Source of the DNA: a candidate division WWE3 bacterium RIFOXYC1_FULL_40_10
GTDB lineage: Bacteria; Patescibacteriota; WWE3; UBA101185; UBA10185
NCBI GenBank assembly: GCA_001773215.1
Contig: MEWB01000001.1
Location: 5,964-69,963 of the forward strand
Reading direction: 5' to 3'
Length of the DNA: 64,000 nucleotides
This document shows positions 28,036-37,527 of the stretch, one piece after another. The translations under genes and the position numbers were made by a program. The notes below the pieces were generated by a model. It worked only from the letters and a program-made list of their open reading frames with translations. It was not told the DNA's origin and searched no databases. How positions within the stretch are numbered: position 1 is the stretch's first letter; each line of letters begins with the position of its first letter.

Positions 28036-28463
28036 TTTTCTATTTTTCTTAATCTTCTAATGTGCCGTTCCTCATTGCTAAATTGTGTCTTGAGCCAGGA
28101 TTCTACAGTTCGCAGAGCAGTGTCCTCACTGATGTATAGGGCGGGAAGTGCCAGCACATTTGTGTTATCGTCGCTTTTGGAGGTTTTAGCATGTTCAGGA
28201 GTCCAGGAAAGGCCGGCTCTAATTCCCTTAAATTTATTCGCATACATGCATACTCCCACACCGTTTTTACACAAAACTATCCCTTTGGATTCAGGGTCAT
28301 TTATAATTTTTTCGGCTAATGGCTTTACATAATCGGGGTAATCGTCGTCGGGGGACAGTACTTTTGGCCCAATATCCTCCACTGCTAAATTATTCACTTC
28401 TAAAAATTTAATAATTGTCTGTTTCAGGCCAAAACCTCCGTGATCCGAGGCAATATATATCAT
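28032..28463 (-). CDS. rpiB: ribose-5-phosphate isomerase B
   Basis: MIYIASDHGGFGLK...GIVLCKNGVGVCMYANK, the RpiB/LacAB signature. 143 aa. Confidence 0.85.
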   Translation of the reverse strand: MIYIASDHGGFGLKQTIIKFLEVNNLAVEDIGPKVLSPDDDYPDYVKPLAEKIINDPESKGIVLCKNGVGVCMYANKFKGIRAGLSWTPEHAKTSKSDDNTNVLALPALYISEDTALRTVESWLKTQFSNEERHIRRLRKIEK

Positions 28464-28478
28464 ATTTTTAGTATAGCA

Positions 28479-29204
28479 CTACAGTTTTTCTTTGTAATTT
28501 AGGACTAAGAAAAATGATGCCACCAAGAATACAAGAATGGAAATTATGTGTGCAGTGTTTAATCCGTAGATCTTCCACGGCTCTATACGCATGAACTCTA
28601 AAGAAAATCTTATAGCAGAATAACCTATCAGATAGATCCAAACAAAAGTGCCTTTTTTCAGTTTGGTTCTAAGCTTTAGGTATCCAAAATAAAGCCCAAC
28701 AAAAAGTAGAACATTCAAAATTGCTTCGTACAAAAACAGGGGGTGAAATGTTTCGGATTTTAAAAACTGGCTTGGGCGCAACCCATAAGGAATGTGCCAT
28801 CCCCAGGGTAAGTTTGTAGGTACTCCAAAAACCTCCCTATTAAAATAATTACCTAAGCGTCCAATGGCTTGACCTAACGGAACCACAACTGCAGCTATGT
28901 CCACCCAGTCAGCCAACTTGACTTTTTTCCATCGAAAATAGATCACCAGAGCAATAAAGCCCCCAAGTAGACCCCCTATAATTCCCAGCCCGCCACTCCA
29001 AACCATTATAATTTTAAGGGGAAACAGGGCGTAGTAGTTCCAATAGTGAATTACGTGATATACTCTGGCTCCAAGTATTCCACCGATTACTAAAAACAAG
29101 GCACTGTCCCAGATAACTGTGGATGGTTTTTTTGAGGTTTTAGCAAGTTTTTCGGCAATGGCCAAAGAAGTCCAGATTCCAAGAGATATTAATATTCCGT
29201 ACAT
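28479..29204 (-). CDS. lgt: prolipoprotein diacylglyceryl transferase
   Basis: Lgt signature GxxGARxYH and RLGNYFNxE, multiple TM helices. Confidence 0.8.
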   Translation of the reverse strand: MYGILISLGIWTSLAIAEKLAKTSKKPSTVIWDSALFLVIGGILGARVYHVIHYWNYYALFPLKIIMVWSGGLGIIGGLLGGFIALVIYFRWKKVKLADWVDIAAVVVPLGQAIGRLGNYFNREVFGVPTNLPWGWHIPYGLRPSQFLKSETFHPLFLYEAILNVLLFVGLYFGYLKLRTKLKKGTFVWIYLIGYSAIRFSLEFMRIEPWKIYGLNTAHIISILVFLVASFFLVLNYKEKL

Positions 29205-29211
29205 TTACCGA

Positions 29212-29766
29212 TCATTTAAAAATTAACAGGCAATAAATAAAGAGTATTAGTAGGCTAAAAGAGTAGAGTACAACTCCCGATCTCGAAGGAGTATTTTTTA
29301 GTACCCAAAACCAATCGTGCAGTTTGTTTTCAAAATAACTCTCGGCGAGCTTATAAATTGTGTTGGCAAAAATTGATAACACGAATGCTTTTATTAAAAT
29401 TGACACATCGGAGGAGATTACGAAAATAGCCATTAACCCAATAATTACTTGAAAAACTGCCGAGTTAAGTGATTTATCCGTAATTTCGTGTTTATGATAT
29501 TCCACGTACTTTGCTGCGTTAGCGAAGTCACCGTGTTTAATAAAAGAAGTAAGATTTTCTGCAAAGGGAGTGTGTGGTTCAAAGACAAAAGCGTATAACA
29601 CGTATTCAAGCTCAAGAACAAGAGTTCCAAGTAGTACACCGGCAAAAATCATGGCTAAAAGAAGCGGTTCTTTTGCCACTTTTACAGCACTTAGCACAAC
29701 CCCTAAGGTAATGGCAATAAGTAGTGGAAATTTGTAGGTAGATATGATGCCAAGTTGTTTTATCAT
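29212..29766 (-). CDS. hypothetical membrane protein
   Basis: 184 aa, 5 hydrophobic helices. Confidence 0.5.
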   Translation of the reverse strand: MIKQLGIISTYKFPLLIAITLGVVLSAVKVAKEPLLLAMIFAGVLLGTLVLELEYVLYAFVFEPHTPFAENLTSFIKHGDFANAAKYVEYHKHEITDKSLNSAVFQVIIGLMAIFVISSDVSILIKAFVLSIFANTIYKLAESYFENKLHDWFWVLKNTPSRSGVVLYSFSLLILFIYCLLIFK

Positions 29767-29769
29767 TGG

Positions 29770-30045
29770 TTAAATATTAGATTCTTTTGTGGTATTTTTC
29801 AATTCTTTTAGTTTCCACATAAACAATTTCCCGGGTGTTGACACATGCTCCTGTTTCACTACAAACTCTCTTGCCATCTCCAACAAGTTCCTGTCCTCAT
29901 TCTTTGCAAGTTTTATATATAAAGCCCTATGTTTAACGTCTCCAAACTCATCCGCCAACCTGTTTCCATAAGCTTGATATTCGTAGCTGTTACGATGATC
30001 CCTTTTCAAAGGCCTAAGCTTAATAACGTCGGAAATGGACTTCAT
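29770..30045 (-). CDS. hypothetical protein
   Basis: 91-aa ORF. Confidence 0.4.
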   Translation of the reverse strand: MKSISDVIKLRPLKRDHRNSYEYQAYGNRLADEFGDVKHRALYIKLAKNEDRNLLEMAREFVVKQEHVSTPGKLFMWKLKELKNTTKESNI

Positions 30046-30094
30046 ATGATATCATTCTATCAGCTTTTACATCTGTCGCTGAAAAGGAGAGGCA

Positions 30095-30358
30095 ATGATC
30101 ACGAGAGAAGAATTGCACGTATATATGCAATATTTGATCGAGGAATTGAAAAGGAGAGGTTACACAGGTACTCGAGTAATTTCCTACAGGGGGATCTTCA
30201 CCGACCCGGTTTATGGTGATTATATGCTTTGTAGTTTATTGATCCACGGGGGTAAGTCTTATTGGAAAATTTACGAAAAGCCCTTACCCGAGAGCGCCTT
30301 GGAAAATGCAGGGAGGCGTGTGGTAGAAACCGATGACCCGGGTATCCAGAATTTATGA
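30095..30358 (+). CDS. hypothetical protein
   Basis: 87-aa ORF with RBS AAAGGAGAGGCAATG. Confidence 0.45.
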   Translation: MITREELHVYMQYLIEELKRRGYTGTRVISYRGIFTDPVYGDYMLCSLLIHGGKSYWKIYEKPLPESALENAGRRVVETDDPGIQNL

Positions 30359-30718
30359 TTTGTTAATCTGCTCCCTTGCAAATTTACCGATGTAAGGGAG
30401 CTCAATTTCTATATTGTTGTAGGCTTTCCACATTAAATACACCCAAATTACAAAGGCTCCTAAAGAGACAATGGGTAACAGCAAAAAACCAATGAGAATG
30501 AGCGTTAGAGATTGTGCAATAAACATAGCTCCCCAAACGGCGAGCCAAAACAAAAACGATTGCAGAGCGTGAAATTTAATGAAAGTATTCTTTTTTTCCG
30601 ATGTGAAGAAAACAACTCCGCCAATTATCGGAAACATATAAGAAAACACGGCTGCCATATTAGGTTCAATTTTAGACAAATCAAACTCGGCTTTTGCGTC
30701 TTTTAGCTCATCGGGCAT
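30353..30718 (-). CDS. DUF4870-like small membrane protein
   Basis: FHALQS motif plus 3 TM helices. Confidence 0.55.
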   Translation of the reverse strand: MPDELKDAKAEFDLSKIEPNMAAVFSYMFPIIGGVVFFTSEKKNTFIKFHALQSFLFWLAVWGAMFIAQSLTLILIGFLLLPIVSLGAFVIWVYLMWKAYNNIEIELPYIGKFAREQINKS

Positions 30719-30727
30719 ATCTATATA

Positions 30728-32500
30728 TTACTTGTTTTTAAACATCAACTCAATTTCTTTTAATGTAGTGATTTGGTTTACACCTTTGTCTTCTCTAAAC
30801 TTCAATAGCCTTGGGAATCGCAGGGCGTAACCTGCCGAGTGAGAAGGGGATTTTGAAATTTCATCAGCTCCAATTTCCACCACAATCTTTGGTAGAGTGA
30901 TAACATCCGGCATATAAGCTTTATCCATTTCTACATTTGCAGGTACTTGGTTGGTCTTTACAGTATCCGCCAATCTTTTAAGTTTCTCGAAATCTTCCTC
31001 AGTAAGCCCTGTTCCAACCTTGGTAAGTGTTTTAAATCCGTCCGAAGCTTCGTCATAAATTCCCACCAGGAACCCCCCGATACCCAATTTTGATCTGGTA
31101 CCTTTGCCGAAATAATAGCCCAGAACCACACAGTCTATAGAGTCGTCCAGCAGTTTTTCATCTGCGGCTTTTAACTTAATCCACGAGTACGATCTAGCTC
31201 CAGCCGAGTATGGCCCTTTTGGGTCCTTGGCGATAATGCCCTCTAATTTATGTTTTTTCGCCTGGTCGAATTGCTTTTTAAGCTCAACCGAATTGTCTGC
31301 CAAAAAGTGCTCGGCAATTTCGATCATCCCTTTGTGTTTTACAACTCTTTCCAATTGGTGGTGTCTGTATTCTAAAGGCTTCTCTAGTAATGACTCCCCG
31401 TTTAAATACAAAATATCAAAAACCATATACTTTAACGGGATATTTAGAGAACTTTCTTCCACATCATGTTTTCGTTTTCTTTGTATAGTCTCCTGAAAGG
31501 GCAAAAAAGTGCCTGTTTTTGAATCATACCCAATGGCCTCGCCATCCAATATTACCGATTCCGCAACAAGTTGTTCTTTAGCCGCACGTACTATGTCTGG
31601 AAATTGATGTGTCGTAGGTTCCAGGTTTCTGGTGAAGGTTTCTACCATTATTTCCTTGTCGGAGCTGTTAAATAAATCATTCTGTCCATCTTTTGTACTA
31701 TTAGTGTGCTTCTTTCTATCCAAATGAAGTTGTACACGTGTGCCGTCAAACTTATATTCGGACCAACTAGCTTTAATCCTCTCGGCGGCCTCGTCAATCC
31801 CGCTAACTCTTTGGGCTTTTTGTGAAAGCACAGGTATTCCTGTTGTAATCTCTATTTCGTTTAGTCCCTGTAGTCCCCTGGAGGTTACTAATTCGGAAAT
31901 TGCACCTATATCAGGATAAATGTTGTATTTTGCTTCTATCTGTTTTGCTAATTTTTTGTTTCCTAATAACTCCGACAAAGCTTGAATCATTGTTAACTCA
32001 GTAAACCCCAGCCTCGTAGTACCTAGAATTATTCTAACTACATACTTTGCCGACAGTCCGTCCAAGTCCCTGAGCAATACAGCACCGAGTTGAATTTTCG
32101 AATCCTGAGATCCAAAACCTTCTTCTTTGGCAATAATCGTCAAAGCTTCATAAACTTCTTTAACAGATGGATTTTTTTTGGAGCTGGATTTCTCTGCCAA
32201 CTTGAATGCTACATCGCCTAAATCTCCCATAAATCCATATGATGTAGCAATTTCCGCGGGGGATTTATGCAAATAGGCAAGGGACAGTATACGAAGCATC
32301 ATTTTGTCGGCAATATTAAACTTTAGTGATTCGAAAGGAGCTTTTAAGTAACCCAGAGATAAATAGGTAGCTTCTTTTACTTCTTCTTTTCCGAGCTTTG
32401 ATAGCAACTCTTTCAGAATTGTGCTGATTTCAAGCCTTTTTGCGGTTTCTTCGAGGCGTTGTAAATAACTACTGAATTCTTTGAATTTCATATGACTCAT
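30728..32500 (-). CDS. lig: ATP-dependent DNA ligase (Lig I-like with N-terminal DNA-binding domain)
   Basis: Motif I KFDGTRVQ (KxDG), adenylation and OB domains. 590 aa. Confidence 0.85.
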   Translation of the reverse strand: MSHMKFKEFSSYLQRLEETAKRLEISTILKELLSKLGKEEVKEATYLSLGYLKAPFESLKFNIADKMMLRILSLAYLHKSPAEIATSYGFMGDLGDVAFKLAEKSSSKKNPSVKEVYEALTIIAKEEGFGSQDSKIQLGAVLLRDLDGLSAKYVVRIILGTTRLGFTELTMIQALSELLGNKKLAKQIEAKYNIYPDIGAISELVTSRGLQGLNEIEITTGIPVLSQKAQRVSGIDEAAERIKASWSEYKFDGTRVQLHLDRKKHTNSTKDGQNDLFNSSDKEIMVETFTRNLEPTTHQFPDIVRAAKEQLVAESVILDGEAIGYDSKTGTFLPFQETIQRKRKHDVEESSLNIPLKYMVFDILYLNGESLLEKPLEYRHHQLERVVKHKGMIEIAEHFLADNSVELKKQFDQAKKHKLEGIIAKDPKGPYSAGARSYSWIKLKAADEKLLDDSIDCVVLGYYFGKGTRSKLGIGGFLVGIYDEASDGFKTLTKVGTGLTEEDFEKLKRLADTVKTNQVPANVEMDKAYMPDVITLPKIVVEIGADEISKSPSHSAGYALRFPRLLKFREDKGVNQITTLKEIELMFKNK

Positions 32501-32587
32501 TATAATGCCATAAACCGTCGTTGCCCAGTGTTGACTACTATAGGGTCAGTATGATAAAATCTCTTTACATTAAAACAAGGAGGTAAT

Positions 32588-32821
32588 ATGTTTTATCTCG
32601 TGTATCACGGGTTTTCTGATCCGGTTTCCCTTGAACTGAATCCCAGGGACGAAATATATATATTTGTGTTGTTTTACTTTCCCTGGGTGTTGAGCTTCTT
32701 GATTAGGAAGGCTCTGGTCGAACTTCTGAAGGAAAAGTCGGCTCCGATCACTTCGGCTAAGCCTGTGGCCTGTTCCTCACATTCCTTGATGCAGCGCGGA
32801 CCGCTCGTTGTCGTGATCTAG
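32588..32821 (+). CDS. small hypothetical protein (weak call)
   Basis: 77-aa ORF with a strong RBS AAGGAGGTAATATG. Confidence 0.35.
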   Translation: MFYLVYHGFSDPVSLELNPRDEIYIFVLFYFPWVLSFLIRKALVELLKEKSAPITSAKPVACSSHSLMQRGPLVVVI

Positions 32822-32860
32822 TTTATGGCCTTCCGGGTATTTTTTCTCGGAAGGTCACTT

Positions 32861-33850
32861 TTATCTTATTAACTCGTATCTGGATGACTTTGTTTTTCCC
32901 ACCTTTTGCACGATATTAAGATCAGTGAGTGTTTTTAGATCCCGCAAAATCGAATCCTCTGATTTGTCGGGGAATATTCTGCCAAAATCTCTGTTTTGAA
33001 TAAGTCCGTAATCCTGAAGATACTCCACAATTCTCGCCTGTCTATCCGAGAGTTTAACCTGGCCTGTAGCTTTAGCGATCTTTGTGTCTTTGGCTAGCAG
33101 TTTAATTTTTTCTTTTAGGTTGTTTGCCTCAATTGATAATCCTTCCGAAAAATATTCAAGCCACCCAGTCATGTCGTCTTCTTCCTTGATAATGCTCGAA
33201 ACATTGTACTCAAACTGCTGTTTTGTCTTTCTATAATAGTCTGAAAGATACGCGCAGTCTTTTAATGAGTAATTTCTGATTTTCAACCATAGTATGACTA
33301 TAAAATTAACGGTAGCCGAATTAAAGTTCCTAAATGGTTTTATAGCTTCTAGTGAGAGTTTTAAGACCGACGCACTAATAATGGGATGGGTTTCATACGA
33401 GTCCCTTCCGTTTAGCCAATCAAAAATTTCGACGATTTTTGCCAAAATTTCGTCGGGTTCAGGAAAGTCGGGTTCCCGCGTATTTCTGTAGGCCCCATTA
33501 CTCGCAGGGTAGAAAAGGCGGTTCAAATCGCACAGGTTTTGTTCTGTTACCTCGGTGGACCTCGAATTATTGGATATATAATCAAAAGCCATTTTAAAAT
33601 TAGATACTTCTGCAACCCTGCTTTCGGCCAGGTTTTCGTAAGAGTATTTGATTTGTTCCACCTCAAGATTTATTCCTTCACCTCGAAGCGAGCTGTAGAT
33701 TTCCCTGATTTGTGATTCTTTAATGAGCTTCGACTCCCAAGAGGGTAGAATAGCGGTATTTTCAATCACCGCTTTTGAGTACTCCAGGGAGCTAATGTTA
33801 CCTAAAATCTTTGTTGTTATGCTGTATTCAGGTATGAATAGTCGAGACAT
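32861..33850 (-). CDS. Fic/DOC-family-like protein with degenerate active-site motif and C-terminal wHTH
   Basis: C-terminal DRQARIVEYL...VQKVGKTKSSRYEL resembles a wHTH. The central KPFRNFNSATVNF sits where HPFx[DE]GNGR is expected. Confidence 0.45.
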   Translation of the reverse strand: MSRLFIPEYSITTKILGNISSLEYSKAVIENTAILPSWESKLIKESQIREIYSSLRGEGINLEVEQIKYSYENLAESRVAEVSNFKMAFDYISNNSRSTEVTEQNLCDLNRLFYPASNGAYRNTREPDFPEPDEILAKIVEIFDWLNGRDSYETHPIISASVLKLSLEAIKPFRNFNSATVNFIVILWLKIRNYSLKDCAYLSDYYRKTKQQFEYNVSSIIKEEDDMTGWLEYFSEGLSIEANNLKEKIKLLAKDTKIAKATGQVKLSDRQARIVEYLQDYGLIQNRDFGRIFPDKSEDSILRDLKTLTDLNIVQKVGKTKSSRYELIR

Positions 33851-33883
33851 TAAATTAATTCTCGCACATTTCCCGCAAGTGTT

Positions 33884-34945
33884 CTATAGATTGATAACCC
33901 TTATATTTGCAGTGTTAATAAAGCTGGGGATTTCGGTACATGTGATAATGGTTTGGTACTCTTTGGTAAGTTTCACTATTCCTGCCTTATGATCGTCGTC
34001 GAACTCGGAAAACACGTCGTCAAGCAGTAAAGTGGGCTTATGATGTACTTTTTCCTCCAAAAAGTCTATTTCACACATCTTGGCAGCTAATATGGCTTCC
34101 CGTTGCTGTCCGCGAGACCCAAATTCAGAGATATTCCTATCAGCTATTTTTATTTCGTAGTCATCCCTATGGGGTCCAACCAGAGTAGTTCGTGCGAAAA
34201 TTTCGGTTTCTTTGTGTTTTTCCAGTCTCTCTGTTGAAATCTCATTTTTGATATAGCCTATACTTAGTGAATTACCGTGAGTCTCAACCTTAGTCCCAAT
34301 TTTCTTGTTCAGATAGGCGACATACTCTTGTCGGACTTTTTGGATATAAGTGCCGGTTTCTACTATCTTATCTGTCCAAAAGGTCAATTGATTATGTCCA
34401 ACCCCGGTTTCGGATATTTGTTCCAGGATTTTGTTGCGTCTCTTAACTGCCTTTGTGTAAGTGTCGAGGTCCTTTTTATATCGTGTATCCGACTGCTGAA
34501 GAATGGAATCAATATATTTTCGCCTTAAAGAGGGAGTCCCTGTAATTGTCTCGATGTCTCTGGGCGTAAATAGAATTGCACTAAAGTATTCTTTTAATAC
34601 CCCTGATCTTTTTGGCACCTTGTTGACCTTAATTTTCTTTGAGCTGGCATTTAGATTAATATTCGAGGTAAGTACCTGGATTTCCACATCGTTAATATCC
34701 CCCTCATTTTCAATTTTTGAGGTTACAGTGCAAAACTGTTTGCCGAAAGAGATTAGATCCCTATCGAATTTAACCCAAGGAGATCTATTTCCGGTGAGGA
34801 GGAAGATAGCTTCGAGGATATTTGTTTTTCCCGAACCGTTTTTGCCCACAATAATTGAAATGTTTTCATCAAATCCGAACTCGGCTTTTGAGTGGTTTCT
34901 AAAGTTTGTGAGTTTAATAGAGTTTACTTTCATTACAATTGGCAA
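33884..34945 (-). CDS. recF: DNA replication and repair protein RecF
   Basis: N-terminal IKLTNFRNH...IIVGKNGSGKTNILEAI Walker A. C-terminal Walker B/signature LLLDDVFSEFD. Confidence 0.85.
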   Translation of the reverse strand: MPIVMKVNSIKLTNFRNHSKAEFGFDENISIIVGKNGSGKTNILEAIFLLTGNRSPWVKFDRDLISFGKQFCTVTSKIENEGDINDVEIQVLTSNINLNASSKKIKVNKVPKRSGVLKEYFSAILFTPRDIETITGTPSLRRKYIDSILQQSDTRYKKDLDTYTKAVKRRNKILEQISETGVGHNQLTFWTDKIVETGTYIQKVRQEYVAYLNKKIGTKVETHGNSLSIGYIKNEISTERLEKHKETEIFARTTLVGPHRDDYEIKIADRNISEFGSRGQQREAILAAKMCEIDFLEEKVHHKPTLLLDDVFSEFDDDHKAGIVKLTKEYQTIITCTEIPSFINTANIRVINL

Positions 34946-35760
34946 TTAGGGCAATAATAAGTTCCTCTCCCTGCTATTTTTTTAAACTCCACCGGTCCTT
35001 TGCAGTTGTCGCATATTGTTTTAAGGTATATTTTAAAGTGGTTTTGCTGAGAACCCTCTTTTCCAAAAATATCTACATACATTTTATCGGGTAGAGTAGA
35101 CCCCCTGTTTACTATTCCCTCCTCTAAAACTTGTTTTGCTGCTTTTAGTAGTTTAGTTGTCCCCTGCAAGTCCAAGTCTTTAGTCTTTGTCTCCGGATGG
35201 ATTCCTGCCAGGAACAGTGCATCCGTAGCATAAATATTGCCGAGCCCCGAAATTACAGCCTGATTAAGTAGTGCGCTTTTTATCGTCGATCTCTTGGCTT
35301 TTATTCTTGAGAGAAACTCCTCAGGAGTTAATCCTCTATCTAAAGGTTCCGGGCCATATTTTGCCTTAAGCTTATCCAAATCTTCTCCTTCTACTAATTC
35401 CACTCGTCCAAACATTCTCATATCTGCGAAAGCTATATCCAAAGGTTTCATTCCTCGCGGGGGGATAATTCTAAATGCAACTTTGCTCCACATAGGCGAC
35501 TCTTTTGGATTCCTTATCAAAATCCTGCCGGTCATTGCAAGGTGGAATCTAATATATTTGTCCCCCTCAAGCTCCCAAATTATGTTTTTCGCTATCCTAC
35601 TAACATTAAGCACCCGCTTTCCCTTTACTGTGTTGATAAATATTCTGTTTTCTGGAAATACTCGGTAGTTATTAGCAATTAAAACTTTATCGATAACTGC
35701 GTTTTTAAGAATTTTTCTTAGATCCGCAGAAATAGTGTGTACTTCTGGTAATTCCGGCAT
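34933..35760 (-). CDS. mutM: formamidopyrimidine-DNA glycosylase
   Basis: N-terminal MPELPEVHT catalytic Pro2/Glu3. C-terminal CPNCQ zinc finger. Confidence 0.85.
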   Translation of the reverse strand: MPELPEVHTISADLRKILKNAVIDKVLIANNYRVFPENRIFINTVKGKRVLNVSRIAKNIIWELEGDKYIRFHLAMTGRILIRNPKESPMWSKVAFRIIPPRGMKPLDIAFADMRMFGRVELVEGEDLDKLKAKYGPEPLDRGLTPEEFLSRIKAKRSTIKSALLNQAVISGLGNIYATDALFLAGIHPETKTKDLDLQGTTKLLKAAKQVLEEGIVNRGSTLPDKMYVDIFGKEGSQQNHFKIYLKTICDNCKGPVEFKKIAGRGTYYCPNCQL

Positions 35761-35762
35761 AT

Positions 35763-36866
35763 TTATAATCCAAATTTTTCGGCAGCTCTATCTTGAACAA
35801 ATTGGCGGAATTCGTTTTGAAATCTACTTTTCGAGAATTTGCCAGCGTGTTGTTTAATTATTTCGGAATCGAACTTATTCTCGTGAATTGCTTTCTCAAA
35901 GTTTTGGATCGCTCCCATTAAACCTTCCACACTCCTGTCGTAAAAATACATCCCTGTGATGCCTTCTACGACACTTTCTAAGTGGCCACCGGAGCCATGA
36001 GCGAGCACAGGCTTTCCGTGAGAAGCAACTTCGATAGGTACTATCCCAAAGTCCTCATCATCAACGGTGTTAATCAAACCGAGGCAGTTTTTCATATACT
36101 GATGCTTGGTATCTTCACTAGCGTGGCCCAAAAATTTGATATTTTTCTTGGCAAGTTTTTTAAGCCGATTTTCGTCATTACCTGTTCCTATTATTGTCAA
36201 AGGCATCTCAAGTTTGTTAAATGCCTCAATTAACAGATCAAAGTTTTTATACCTAGCCAATCTACCTACTGCGATAAAAGTAGGGTTGATAGGTTTTTTC
36301 GGTTCGGTTGGAACGAAATCTACGTCGACAGGCGGGTATATTACTGTAGCGTCACGGCGATAAAATTTCCGGATTCGCTTTCGAGTTTCTTGCGAGTTAG
36401 TTACCAAAAAATCGGGGCGTTGGGCAGCTACGAAATCCCACATTCTCAGCAGATTTGTGATGTAAGAATAGATCAGAGGGAACTTTTGCCACTTCACCCC
36501 TTCTTGAGAATATCCGTATAAAAAACGTGGCGGTGTATGTATATAGCTAATGTGCAGTTGGTCAGGTTTTGTCAAAATACCTTTATTCCATGTGGTCCCG
36601 TCGGAAATGATTAGGTCGTATTGTGAAAAATCAAAACCTTCGAAAATGGGTGCCATCCTAAACAAAAAGAAACTCTTTGACATTAGTCCTCCCTTTGGAG
36701 CTATTATTTTTCGGCTATTAATTAAATCCGATTGTTTTTTTTTGCAATATTTTGCTGTAAAAATAGGTGCGTCAGGGTATAGCTCCGCTATTGCCTCTAA
36801 TGTTTTTTGTGCGCCTCCGTATTGTTCTAAGAACTCCGTAGCTAGAGCTACTCTGATTTTTTTCAT
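35763..36866 (-). CDS. glycosyltransferase family 4
   Basis: GT-B fold, EX7E-like C-terminal motif region, GGxxE pattern. Confidence 0.7.
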   Translation of the reverse strand: MKKIRVALATEFLEQYGGAQKTLEAIAELYPDAPIFTAKYCKKKQSDLINSRKIIAPKGGLMSKSFFLFRMAPIFEGFDFSQYDLIISDGTTWNKGILTKPDQLHISYIHTPPRFLYGYSQEGVKWQKFPLIYSYITNLLRMWDFVAAQRPDFLVTNSQETRKRIRKFYRRDATVIYPPVDVDFVPTEPKKPINPTFIAVGRLARYKNFDLLIEAFNKLEMPLTIIGTGNDENRLKKLAKKNIKFLGHASEDTKHQYMKNCLGLINTVDDEDFGIVPIEVASHGKPVLAHGSGGHLESVVEGITGMYFYDRSVEGLMGAIQNFEKAIHENKFDSEIIKQHAGKFSKSRFQNEFRQFVQDRAAEKFGL

Positions 36867-36907
36867 AGTGCCATTTTAGCTTAAAGACGCAAGCATATCC
36901 AGTAGCA

Positions 36908-36935
36908 GGAGCTGCTCTAGCGTTGGAGCTGCTCT
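36908..36935. repeat. 28-bp repeat GGAGCTGCTCTAGCGTTGGAGCTGCTCT (tandem GAGCTGCTC units)
   Basis: Intergenic. Related copies at 14045..14065 and 16534..16561. Confidence 0.6.
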
Positions 36936-36990
36936 TGACAACCTTGTGTACCTATGGGTTTAATATATCATCAGATAATATCTGCCGTAG

Positions 36991-37524
36991 TTGATGAAAG
37001 AGTCTGCCCGGAAAAGTACTGTGAAAAAAGGAAATGCCCTCCCTGCCATCTTAATATTCGCTGTTTTTGCATCCGTGCCCGTGATGACCTGGGCCTTGTT
37101 GTTGAAAAATAGCACCAATTCGCCTGCTGTAAAAGGTTCAGAGACAAATTCTCTCCCTGTAGGATCTTATATAAATGTTGAAATAAGTTCGCCCAGTGAA
37201 GTGTGGGAATTGAATGAGTATTTATGTAAAACCTCTGATGAATGCGCAACCAGTTTGGATTCCGGGGATAAGTGGGGAAATTTAAGTGGGGGGCCTGACG
37301 CATTACATGAAGTAGTGGTGGTGCAGGATGATAAATGGGAAGAATATAATTATCTGAAAATATACGTCCGCCCGGGGTTGAGCTCTCAAGGGACAGCCTA
37401 TGAACCTGCTTTATTTGGCGAGATATCCATACAGAGCGTTGCATTTGAAGACACAAGGGCACTAATTATTCCTGTTTCTGATATCAAATCCGGAAAAATT
37501 TCGACACTCACTTTTTCAAATTAG
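36991..37524 (+). CDS. hypothetical secreted protein
   Basis: 177 aa, N-terminal signal/TM. Confidence 0.5.
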   Translation: MMKESARKSTVKKGNALPAILIFAVFASVPVMTWALLLKNSTNSPAVKGSETNSLPVGSYINVEISSPSEVWELNEYLCKTSDECATSLDSGDKWGNLSGGPDALHEVVVVQDDKWEEYNYLKIYVRPGLSSQGTAYEPALFGEISIQSVAFEDTRALIIPVSDIKSGKISTLTFSN

Positions 37525-37527
37525 TTT

